Assembly: GCA_026003335.1 (NCBI GenBank)
Contig: BPHB01000001.1
Span: 640,591-704,590, forward strand
DNA from: Chitinophagales bacterium
GTDB taxonomy: Bacteria > Bacteroidota > Bacteroidia > Chitinophagales > CAIOSU01
Length of the DNA: 64,000 bases
Reading direction: 5' to 3'
In this document: piece by piece, positions 20,279 through 28,999 of the stretch
Numbering within the stretch: position 1 is the stretch's first letter
How the letters are laid out: each line of letters starts with the position of its first letter
Made by a program: the position numbers and the translations under genes
Notes under the pieces: model-generated
The model's input: only the letters and a program-made list of their open reading frames with translations
The model's database searches: none
Told to the model about the DNA's origin: nothing

Positions 20279-20713
20279 ATGACCCTGGTAAGATATAATG
20301 AGTCCATGCCTTCTCTGGCGAGCTGGGTGGACGATTTTTTCTCCAGCACTTTACTTCCGGCTTTCGGGGTTGGACGCATGTGGAATACCCCGGCTGTGAA
20401 TGTGCGCGAAGATCATGATAACTTCTATCTGGAAGTAGCCGCTCCGGGATTGAACAAGAAGGATTTTGACATCACGCTGGACAATGGGCTGATAACCATC
20501 TCAGCCAAACATGAAGAACAAAAGCAGGAGAACAACAACCAATATACGCGGAGAGAATTTTCTTACACCGGGTTTTCACGCACGTTCACCTTACCGGATG
20601 GCGTTGACCAGGATAAAATCAGCGCCCAGTATCAAAATGGTATTCTGTATGTAACCCTCCCGAAAACTGAAGAAGTGAAGGGCAAAGCTCCTCGCACCAT
20701 CAAGATATCCTAA
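20279..20713 (+). CDS. Hsp20/alpha-crystallin family small heat-shock protein
   Basis: Alpha-crystallin domain PAVNVREDHDNFYLEVAAPGLNKKDFDITL...GILYVTLPK. I prefer the ATG at 20279, which lies 5 nt after GGAGG. The track uses the GTG at 20273. Confidence 0.9.
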   Translation: MTLVRYNESMPSLASWVDDFFSSTLLPAFGVGRMWNTPAVNVREDHDNFYLEVAAPGLNKKDFDITLDNGLITISAKHEEQKQENNNQYTRREFSYTGFSRTFTLPDGVDQDKISAQYQNGILYVTLPKTEEVKGKAPRTIKIS

Positions 20714-20731
20714 CCTTTCTCAACGAGGAGC

Positions 20732-20763
20732 AAGCGGGAAGATAATCTTCCCGCTTTTTTTTT
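20732..20763 (+). terminator. rho-independent terminator after hsp20
   Basis: Stem aagcgggaag (20732-20741), loop ataat, stem cttcccgctt (20747-20756), followed by a run of 9-10 T. Confidence 0.85.
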
Positions 20764-20839
20764 CATGCGTTGTATGGAATAAAAACGTTGCCTCCCATGT
20801 CCTGGAGGGCTAAATTCGCAGCTCAAAAAAAATCAAGCT

Positions 20840-21160
20840 ATGCCAGTGATTCAGGTAACTGATGAAGACTTTGAACAGAAACTCGCAGAGAACAAAAAGG
20901 TTATAGTGAAATACTCTGCAGACTGGTGCGGACAATGCCGATTGTTTGCTCCAAAGTATAAGCGCCTATCGGAAGATCCGCTTTACAGCGACACCGTTTT
21001 TCTGGATGTGAATGCGGAAAAAAATGCTTTGGCAAGAAAAAAGGCTGGTGTAAAGAATCTGCCGTTTTTTGCTGTTTTCAAAAACGGGCAACTGGTAGAG
21101 GGAACAGCAACTTCAAAAGAGGAAACTGTTATTGACCTGCTTCAAAAACTGCACGAATGA
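20840..21160 (+). CDS. thioredoxin family protein (cytoplasmic)
   Basis: WCGQC active site in a 106-aa thioredoxin-sized protein, with no signal peptide. Confidence 0.85.
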   Translation: MPVIQVTDEDFEQKLAENKKVIVKYSADWCGQCRLFAPKYKRLSEDPLYSDTVFLDVNAEKNALARKKAGVKNLPFFAVFKNGQLVEGTATSKEETVIDLLQKLHE

Positions 21161-21399
21161 AAATTCCAGTTATCAAGCAACTCGTAGAGCGCTGTACGGA
21201 AGCTCAACTCCGGGAAGCAGAAGCTGACATCCTGGAAGGACGTGAGCCGAAGATTACAGATGCCGGTGCTGATGCCGGTGAACAACTCACCCATATAATG
21301 GCGGCACTTTGGATTAAAAATGAAATGTCCGTTAATAAAACGGATTTAAATACAGCTCTTCGGGCTTATACACAAAAGGTAAGAGCATCTATCAGTTAA
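21157..21399 (+). CDS. small hypothetical protein, translationally coupled to thioredoxin
   Basis: 80 aa, with an ATGA start/stop overlap with the thioredoxin gene. I recognise no motif. Confidence 0.5.
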   Translation: MKIPVIKQLVERCTEAQLREAEADILEGREPKITDAGADAGEQLTHIMAALWIKNEMSVNKTDLNTALRAYTQKVRASIS

Positions 21400-21636
21400 G
21401 TAATTTTCCGAATCCCGTGTAAGCTCCTATGTGCGGCATGGCACACTGCAAAAGAGGCAGTTCCTCCCGCTCGTAAATGGGTAGAGCACGGCCATTCCGC
21501 ATCTTTTGATAATCTGAAGCCTCACACAAGCAGAATTCTATACTTGGGACAGGATGTGCCTGGTGTTGTGTTATTCAGTTGAAAAGCACCATGCAAGTGC
21601 ATTTTTGGGCTAATTTTACCGCACAGCACAACTAAA

Positions 21637-22044
21637 ATGAAAAAGACGCACCTTATTGCTTTGATTATGATAGTCGCCTGTATGGGCATCATCGTGGCCA
21701 ACATCAGTGACTACAGCCGTTATGAAACCTTTTCCACAGCGGCCACCGCAGATGGGCGTGATTTTCACATTGTGGGAGAGCTCTCCCGTCCGGATGAAAT
21801 GTATTACGATCCTGAAGTTGATCCCAATTATTTCTCATTTTACCTTAAAGACAAAGCCGGAGAAGAGCGCAAAGTAGTATTCAAAGGAACCAAACCAACC
21901 GATTTTGAGCGTTCCGAGCAGATTGTGCTTACAGGACGGATGCAAGGCAATGAGTTTCATGCATCTAAAATTCTGATGAAATGCCCCTCCAAGTACATCA
22001 ATGATCAACTGGAGGTTACAGAAGTGAAGGCAACCGGCAGCTGA
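21637..22044 (+). CDS. ccmE: cytochrome c maturation haem chaperone CcmE (CxxxY variant)
   Basis: N-terminal membrane anchor, an OB-fold-sized body, and the C-terminal KILMKCPSKY in the position of the E. coli LAKHDENY haem-binding motif. The gene sits directly upstream of ccmF with a 1-nt overlap. Confidence 0.8.
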   Translation: MKKTHLIALIMIVACMGIIVANISDYSRYETFSTAATADGRDFHIVGELSRPDEMYYDPEVDPNYFSFYLKDKAGEERKVVFKGTKPTDFERSEQIVLTGRMQGNEFHASKILMKCPSKYINDQLEVTEVKATGS

Positions 22045-24506
22045 TGGAAATTCAATATTTGGGCGAAACCCTTTTGCCCGGACAAATAGGTAAACTATGT
22101 GTGATCGTTGCATTTGCGGCTGCGCTGGCTGCAACTGTCGCATTCAGCATATCTGCCCCAAAAAAGGACATACTGTTGGCGCAGTCGTGGAAGCAACTGG
22201 GGAGAATATTCTTTTTCGTTCATGCCACAGCTCTTGCCGTTGTAATAGCTTCTCTGTTTTACATTCTGGTAAATCATTTATTTGAATATCATTACGCATG
22301 GCAACACTCCTCGCTGGAACTGCCCATGAAATACATACTCTCCGCTTTTTGGGAAGGGCAGGAAGGAAGTTTTCTTTTGTGGATGTTCTGGAACACGGTG
22401 CTGGGCATAGTGCTCATCTTTCGTGCCCGCGAGCTGGAAGCCCCGGTAATGGCCGTCTTTGCTGTTACACAGGCTTTTCTGGGTTCTATGTTGCTGGGGA
22501 TACATATAGGTGATTATAAAATCGGGAGCAATCCGTTTCTGCTTCTGAGAGAGACAATGGATGCCCCGTTGTTTGCACGCGCTAACTATCTGGAATTTAT
22601 AAAGGATGGCAACGGGCTTAACCCGCTTCTGCAGAATTACTGGATGACCATTCATCCCCCTACCCTTTTTCTTGGTTTCTCTTCCACGCTGGTACCTTTT
22701 GCCTTTGCCATAGCCTCCCTCTGGAAAAAAGACTTTACTCTATGGAGTCGCTATGCCCTTCCGTGGAGTCTTTTTTCTACCATGATTCTGGGTGCAGGAA
22801 TTCTGATGGGCGGGGCCTGGGCTTATGAAGCGCTCACATTTGGCGGATTCTGGGCCTGGGATCCGGTGGAAAATTCTTCACTCGTACCCTGGATTACCGG
22901 AGTGGCGGGCCTGCATTGTCTTTTGATTTACCGCCACACAGGCCGTGCCCTTAAGCTTACTTATGTGCTTTTCCTGATCACCTTTGTGCTGGTGCTTTAT
23001 TCCACATTTCTGACACGAAGCGGCATTTTGGGTGACACTTCCGTGCATGCATTTACAGACCTGGGCATGTCCGGTCAGCTGGTGATTTTCATGCTGTTTT
23101 ATGTTCTGCTTTCCGCTGCAATGCTCCTGCGTTCATGGAAAATAATTCCAGTACATAAAGACGAAGAAAAAGCCTCCTCACGGGAATTCTGGTTGTTTAT
23201 CGGAGCGCTGATACTTACGATTTCTGCTTTTCAGATTACCTTCAGTACTTCCATACCGGTGATAAACAAGTTCATTGCCTTGCTGCGGGAAATTCCATTG
23301 TTTTCAGGTTTTCTGCAAAAAGACCTGGCCCCTCCGGTTGATCCGGCCGCACATTACAACAACATACAGGTATGGGTGGCTATTGTTATCACCATACTTA
23401 CCGGAGCAGTGCAATATCTGCGCTACCGCAACAGTGATATGCGAAAAGTGTTCATGAAGTTGTTACTCCCTGCCGGGATTGCGCTTCCGCTGTCTGTAGT
23501 GATGGTTTATCTGCTGAAAATTTATACCATTCAATATGCAGTGCTGCTGTTTGCTGCCTTGTTTGCCATAACAGCCAATATGGATTATCTCTTTCGCGTA
23601 TTGAAAGGAAAATTACAGGTAGGCGGAGCATCAGTAGCACATGCCGGCTTTGCCCTGATTCTCATGGGAGCTTTAATCTCCAATTACAATCAACGCGTCA
23701 TCTCTATCAACACCGAAGTGGATTTCGGAGACGCACTGGACCCTAAAAGTCAACGTGAAAATATTTTGCTCCGAAAGAATGAGCCCGTTCGGATGCATGA
23801 CTATCTGGTAACATACATCGGAGACTCCGTTGCAGGTCCTAACAACTACTATAAAGTACATTACCTGCGCAAAGACCCGAAAACCGATAAAGTAAAAGAG
23901 GAATTTATCCTGTATCCTAACGCACAGATAAATCCCCGCATGGGATTAATTGCCAATCCTGATACCCGGCATTATCTGACCAAAGACATATACACTCATG
24001 TAACTTCCGTTCCTGATAGGAAGGCTGCCAGGGAGCAGGAAATTTTTGTGCCCGATACGCTGGCCATTGGAGATACTTTTTACATTGCCAAAGCATACGG
24101 TATCCTGGAAGGTCTTATTCCGAATCCTCCGGACAACAGGTATAAGCCGGCTCAAGGAGACATTGCAGTAGGTGCGCGCCTGCGCTTCTATACGCTGGAT
24201 GACAGAAGCTATCAAGCCATGCCTCTGTATATTATCAGTAACCGCATGGTTACAACCCTTGAAGACAGCATCAATGAACTGAATGCTGTTTTCCGGATAG
24301 AAAAAATCCTTCCGGCTACAGAGCAAATCGTGATTGGCGTGAAGCAGAAAAACACCGAAAATGATTTTATCATCCTCAAAGCAATCATATTTCCCTATAT
24401 CAATCTGCTGTGGCTGGGCTGCATCATGATGACTTTGGGTTTGCTGATGAGCATCCTCAGGCGCTATCGGGATAATATGCGTATTTTTAGCCGTCAGGAG
24501 TATTAA
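22044..24506 (+). CDS. ccmF: cytochrome c biogenesis haem lyase CcmF-like protein (cytochrome c assembly family)
   Basis: 820-aa polytopic membrane protein carrying the tryptophan-rich WWD haem-handling motif GGFWAWDPVENSSLVPWI. Confidence 0.85.
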   Translation: MEIQYLGETLLPGQIGKLCVIVAFAAALAATVAFSISAPKKDILLAQSWKQLGRIFFFVHATALAVVIASLFYILVNHLFEYHYAWQHSSLELPMKYILSAFWEGQEGSFLLWMFWNTVLGIVLIFRARELEAPVMAVFAVTQAFLGSMLLGIHIGDYKIGSNPFLLLRETMDAPLFARANYLEFIKDGNGLNPLLQNYWMTIHPPTLFLGFSSTLVPFAFAIASLWKKDFTLWSRYALPWSLFSTMILGAGILMGGAWAYEALTFGGFWAWDPVENSSLVPWITGVAGLHCLLIYRHTGRALKLTYVLFLITFVLVLYSTFLTRSGILGDTSVHAFTDLGMSGQLVIFMLFYVLLSAAMLLRSWKIIPVHKDEEKASSREFWLFIGALILTISAFQITFSTSIPVINKFIALLREIPLFSGFLQKDLAPPVDPAAHYNNIQVWVAIVITILTGAVQYLRYRNSDMRKVFMKLLLPAGIALPLSVVMVYLLKIYTIQYAVLLFAALFAITANMDYLFRVLKGKLQVGGASVAHAGFALILMGALISNYNQRVISINTEVDFGDALDPKSQRENILLRKNEPVRMHDYLVTYIGDSVAGPNNYYKVHYLRKDPKTDKVKEEFILYPNAQINPRMGLIANPDTRHYLTKDIYTHVTSVPDRKAAREQEIFVPDTLAIGDTFYIAKAYGILEGLIPNPPDNRYKPAQGDIAVGARLRFYTLDDRSYQAMPLYIISNRMVTTLEDSINELNAVFRIEKILPATEQIVIGVKQKNTENDFIILKAIIFPYINLLWLGCIMMTLGLLMSILRRYRDNMRIFSRQEY

Positions 24507-24522
24507 AACCCGCTGCCTACCT

Positions 24523-25299
24523 GTGCAAAAACATGAAATCGTGATGATTGGAGCAGGCAACGTAGCCTGGCATCTGGCCCGCCAGTTCAAAAAGGCCGGG
24601 CATGTTATTGTTCAGATTTATAACAAAACCTCAACCGCGGCCCGACAGTTAGCCTCTGAAACGGGTGCAGCATACACCGATGACCCGGAAGAAATCCACC
24701 AGCAGGGCTCGCTTTACATTATTGCTGTTAAAGATGATGCGATAGAAGAATTAGCCGAGTATCTGCATTTGCCCCATGCAGTAGTCGTTCATACTTCTGC
24801 CATGGTGCCGGTGGAAGCGCTGGAAACGATATCCGAAAATGCCGGAGTAATCTATCCTCTGCAAAGCCTAACCAAAGGCATTGATTTGGATTTCCGGGCA
24901 GTGCCGATATTTATTGAGGCATCAGACAAAGCTACCGAAGATGCCTTGATGCAATTGGCAGCCGGTATCTCTGACCATGTACATAAGGCCTCTCTTCACG
25001 AGCGGAAAATACTGCACACCGCGGCAGTTTTTGCCAATAACTTTCCCAACCACCTGTATTACATTGCCGACTCACTGCTGAAACGGGAAGACCTGAGTCT
25101 TGATTTGCTGATGCCCCTGATACAGGAAACCACACGGAAGCTGCAATCTTTAGATCCCTACCGTTTGCAGACCGGCCCTGCCAGAAGAGGAGATATGAAA
25201 ACCATACAGGAGCATTTGGCTCTGCTGAACAATTTTCCTGAGTTCCGAGAAATCTATCTGGTGATTACTGAAAGCATACTGGAAAGCTACAAACAATAA
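24523..25299 (+). CDS. Rossmann-fold oxidoreductase-like protein with DUF2520-type C-terminus
   Basis: The N-terminus VMIGAGNVAWHLA is a dinucleotide-binding loop. Length and layout match DUF2520-family proteins. The start is GTG. Confidence 0.65.
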   Translation: MQKHEIVMIGAGNVAWHLARQFKKAGHVIVQIYNKTSTAARQLASETGAAYTDDPEEIHQQGSLYIIAVKDDAIEELAEYLHLPHAVVVHTSAMVPVEALETISENAGVIYPLQSLTKGIDLDFRAVPIFIEASDKATEDALMQLAAGISDHVHKASLHERKILHTAAVFANNFPNHLYYIADSLLKREDLSLDLLMPLIQETTRKLQSLDPYRLQTGPARRGDMKTIQEHLALLNNFPEFREIYLVITESILESYKQ

Positions 25300-25300
25300 T

Positions 25301-26248
25301 ATGCCGGTTGCTCCCTCTGTTTATCTGAAGTTTATCCGCTGGAAAAATCTGCTCCTCATTGCACTCACTCAACTATTGGTGCGCTTCTTTATTATAAAAC
25401 CGGTTTTCGCTGAATACCGCCTGCTGGAACACTCGCTGAGCGATCTTGCTTTTCTGCTGGTGGTAGCTGCCACCATGTGTATTGCCGCTGCAGGCTATAT
25501 CATCAACGACTACTTTGACACAGGCATGGATCATATCAATAAACCCATGCAGGTGATGGTGGGACGGTATTTCAGCAAAAAGGAAGCCCTAAGGATGCAC
25601 CTGCTTTTCAACGCTGCAGGAGTAGCTTTGGGGCTCTTTGCCGCGTTTTGTGCGGGCAATATTCAACTGGGATTTGTCTTCGTGATTGCTGCCGGATTGC
25701 TCTGGTTTTATGCCCGGATATTCAAAAAAACTTTTCTGCTCGGCAATATGATTGTTGCCCTGCTAACTTCCCTGGTGGTGTTGCTCCCGTCTTTTTTTGA
25801 AACACATCTGTTTGTCCAAACCGATGTGGTAACTTCCGCTGCTGCACTCAGAATTCTTATCCCAACGGCTATTTACTCCCTTTTTGCTTTTCTTGCTACC
25901 CTGATACGCGAAATCATCAAAGATGTTGAAGACCTGGAAGGCGATAAGCAGTTTGGCAGCCAAAGTATACCGGCATCTCTGGGAATAAAAACAACCAAAG
26001 CAGTGGTAACTATTCTGATTCTGCTCTTTGCCGGTCTGCTGTTTATTGTACAGCGGGCACTATTCCGGGACGACCAGTTGCTTGGTGTTTCTTATATCTT
26101 TATTGCCCTGCAGTTGCCGGCACTTTCAATGATATTTTATCTCATTCCGGCAAAAGACCAGGCTGACTTTCATAAGCTTAGCTCTCTGATGAAAGTTATT
26201 ATGCTGCTGGGAGTTATATCTATGCCCTTGTTTCATTACTTCCGTTGA
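25301..26248 (+). CDS. UbiA-family prenyltransferase (DGGGP-synthase-like subgroup)
   Basis: About 8 TM helices. First Asp-rich motif IINDYFDTGMD and second motif IIKDVEDLEGD. Confidence 0.8.
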   Translation: MPVAPSVYLKFIRWKNLLLIALTQLLVRFFIIKPVFAEYRLLEHSLSDLAFLLVVAATMCIAAAGYIINDYFDTGMDHINKPMQVMVGRYFSKKEALRMHLLFNAAGVALGLFAAFCAGNIQLGFVFVIAAGLLWFYARIFKKTFLLGNMIVALLTSLVVLLPSFFETHLFVQTDVVTSAAALRILIPTAIYSLFAFLATLIREIIKDVEDLEGDKQFGSQSIPASLGIKTTKAVVTILILLFAGLLFIVQRALFRDDQLLGVSYIFIALQLPALSMIFYLIPAKDQADFHKLSSLMKVIMLLGVISMPLFHYFR

Positions 26249-26251
26249 GCT

Positions 26252-26818
26252 ATGTTGAACAGAAATATCCTGCTGGCTTCCCAATCACCCCGCAGGCGTG
26301 ATATCCTGCAACTGGCTAATCTCTCGTTCAGGGTAGTCCCTCCGGATATTGATGAATCTAATACGGGAAACTTGCCCCCTGAGCTGCTTCCACAGCACCT
26401 TGCCACTAAAAAAGCCCATGCCGTAACTCAATTTGCCCGTCAGAATGAAATCATTCTGGCTGCCGACACTGTTGTGATCAAAAACGGAATCCTTTACGGT
26501 AAGCCTGTTGATCGTGCAGATGCTATCCGGATGCTGCAGGAGTTGTCCGGTAATGAGCATGCCGTGATAACAGGGGTATGCCTGAAGTCTGATGCCCGGG
26601 AGAAAGCATTTTCTGTAACCACAAGGGTATTGTTCAGGCAGCTGCATCCTTCTCAGATAGCCTTTTATGTTGACCATTATCATCCATATGACAAAGCCGG
26701 TGCCTATGCTATTCAGGAATGGATAGGTGTGGTAGGCATAAAAAAGATTGCAGGTTGTTACTTTAACGTTATGGGCTTACCCATGAGCCGCATCTGGGAG
26801 GAGCTGGAGCATTGGTAA
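26252..26818 (+). CDS. maf: Maf family nucleoside-triphosphate pyrophosphatase
   Basis: ILLASQSPRRRDIL N-terminus, with DKAGAYAIQE and GLPM motifs near the C-terminus. Confidence 0.9.
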   Translation: MLNRNILLASQSPRRRDILQLANLSFRVVPPDIDESNTGNLPPELLPQHLATKKAHAVTQFARQNEIILAADTVVIKNGILYGKPVDRADAIRMLQELSGNEHAVITGVCLKSDAREKAFSVTTRVLFRQLHPSQIAFYVDHYHPYDKAGAYAIQEWIGVVGIKKIAGCYFNVMGLPMSRIWEELEHW

Positions 26819-26837
26819 AAACCAACTTTTCGTCAGC

Positions 26838-28199
26838 TTATGTAATCCAAACGGTCTTTATGTTGACGAATTCACGCAGACCATGGATGGATAATTCACG
26901 CCCGTACCCCGAACGATTAATGCCACCGAAGGGAAAGCGCGGATCAGAACGCACCATGGCGTTAATGAATACATTTCCGGCATTGATAAGCCGGACATAC
27001 CGGGTAGCTTTTTCAATGTCCTCTGACCAGAGAGAGGCGCCAAGCCCGTAATGTGTTTTATTGGCCAGTTGAATTGCCTCCTCACCGTCACGGGCATCTA
27101 CTACGCAGGCAACCGGACCAAAAACTTCTTCATCAAACACCGGCATACCGGGTTTTACATTTACCAGCAAGGTAGGTTGCACAAAGGCTCCTTTTCCGGA
27201 CAGACGTTTTCCCCCGATAACAATTTTCGCTCCCGCTCTAACGGATTGCTGAATCTGTTTCATCACTGCCCGTGCCTGATTTTCTGAAGCCAAAGGACCC
27301 ATCTCCGTAGCCGGATCGGCAGGGTTACCTACTTTAATCTTGCTTATCAGCTCGGCCATCATTTCAATAAATTTATCCCGCACCTCAGGTACTACAATAA
27401 ACCGCTTGGCGGCAATACAACTCTGGCCGGCATTCTGCATCCTGCTTCTCAATCCAGTCTCAGCAGCCGATTTCAAATTGGCATCTTCCAGCACAATGAA
27501 AGGATCACTACCTCCCAGTTCCATGACCGTTTTTTTAATGTTTCTCCCTGCAAGCGCTGCTACTTCAGCGCCCGCCCTGTCACTGCCTGTGAGGGAAACC
27601 ATTTTAACAGCTGGATGCTCAATAACACGTCTTACCCTGCGGTTGTTGATCAGCAAGGTCTGAAAAATATAACCCGGCTGGGCTTTTTGAAAAATTTCCT
27701 GAATGGCAAGGGCACACTGAGGTACATTGGAGGCATGCTTGAGCAACACTACATTCCCTGCGGCAATAGCCGGAACAGCAAAACGAAACACCTGCCAGAA
27801 CGGAAAATTCCAGGGCATAATACCCAACACTACCCCCAGGGGCTCATAGGAAATAAAGCTGGATGATGCCTCACTGGGAATTTTTTCATCATTCAACCAA
27901 TCAGGAGCTTTTTCGGAATAAAAGTCACAAACCAGAGCGCATTTTTCTATTTCCACCTCAGCCTCTTTAATGGGCTTTCCCATTTCCAGGGTGATCAGAG
28001 ACGCCCAGCGCGATTTCTCGGCCCGTAATATCGCAGCTACTGATTGAAGATATTTGCTCCTGGATATGACGGGAGTTTTTTTCCAGGTTTCATATTCCTG
28101 TACGGCCCTGCGCAGAATATCCTGCAATTCGCCAAGCGAATGGCCGCTGATTTTCTTTACAACCTTATTATCAAATGGATTGGTACTGAAAAACCTCAT
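26838..28199 (-). CDS. NAD(P)-dependent aldehyde dehydrogenase (succinate-semialdehyde dehydrogenase-like)
   Basis: ALDH catalytic Glu in MELGGSDP and catalytic Cys in GQSCIAAKR. The 453-aa length is typical of the short SSADH-like subgroup. Confidence 0.85.
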   Translation of the reverse strand: MRFFSTNPFDNKVVKKISGHSLGELQDILRRAVQEYETWKKTPVISRSKYLQSVAAILRAEKSRWASLITLEMGKPIKEAEVEIEKCALVCDFYSEKAPDWLNDEKIPSEASSSFISYEPLGVVLGIMPWNFPFWQVFRFAVPAIAAGNVVLLKHASNVPQCALAIQEIFQKAQPGYIFQTLLINNRRVRRVIEHPAVKMVSLTGSDRAGAEVAALAGRNIKKTVMELGGSDPFIVLEDANLKSAAETGLRSRMQNAGQSCIAAKRFIVVPEVRDKFIEMMAELISKIKVGNPADPATEMGPLASENQARAVMKQIQQSVRAGAKIVIGGKRLSGKGAFVQPTLLVNVKPGMPVFDEEVFGPVACVVDARDGEEAIQLANKTHYGLGASLWSEDIEKATRYVRLINAGNVFINAMVRSDPRFPFGGINRSGYGRELSIHGLREFVNIKTVWIT

Positions 28200-28411
28200 T
28201 TCAGTTTTTTGAGAATAGCCAATAGCAAGGTCAGCAACAGACTAAGAATAATAGAAGTTACAATGGGAAAGTAAAAAGTTACCCTGTCTGTTTTTATCAA
28301 AATGTCACCGGGCAGTTTCGGAATGCCTCCCGTCTTTTCAATTAGGATGACCACCCCTCCGATAATCAAAAGGATGATTCCGATAAGCATCAGCATCTTT
28401 CCCATTTTCAC
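28196..28411 (-). CDS. DUF2905 family small membrane protein
   Basis: 71 aa with two TM helices. PKLPGDILIK...FYFPIVTSIILSLLL is the DUF2905 pattern. There is a 4-nt overlap with the downstream ALDH gene. Confidence 0.65.
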   Translation of the reverse strand: MKMGKMLMLIGIILLIIGGVVILIEKTGGIPKLPGDILIKTDRVTFYFPIVTSIILSLLLTLLLAILKKLK

Positions 28412-28999
28412 CTCCCGGCAGCTTTAACAACCGATGCCAAGTTATCAATTTTTCCAGTTACTGTAGGTTGTAAGGGAGAAAGCCCTGAACCCGGTCGGTG
28501 ATTTTAACTATTTGCACTCCGTGATGTATCCGTCAGAAAATTACCTAATCAAATCTTTTGCAGCATAATTACCGCGCTCCAGCTAGGCAAAATGATTGTT
28601 TTTGCTCTTGTATGCAAAATTGCGCTACACATGCATCTGTCCGTTTCATCATTTAAGACTCTTTACTCTACAACACCTCAGAATGAAAGTGCTCCTTGCG
28701 CTCCAGGATGTATCGTATTTTGAGGCACAGGACAATTTTTTCCCATTGCAGATTGCATATCACTCCATTGTGCCTGATGATAACCGCAGCAGTTAATCCT
28801 GCCGGAAGAAGGCAACGCTGCCTATGCCCTGTTATGAGTCTGGTATGTAATCCCAAGGGTTGAATACTGCATATTTATATATTTATGCAAAAAAATTTAC
28901 CTAGCAGATTTGGCGAATTATCCGATAATCTGAAAGCATAGGCATCGGAAAATCGCTTCCTCAGCAAAGACATTACTTTAGCGGATTACTCAAATTATT

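Noticed and set aside
23946-24590. 214-aa minus-strand ORF across the ccmF 3' end and the start of the DUF2520 gene.
   Set aside because: It is antisense to two well-supported genes and shows no motifs, so it is a shadow ORF.
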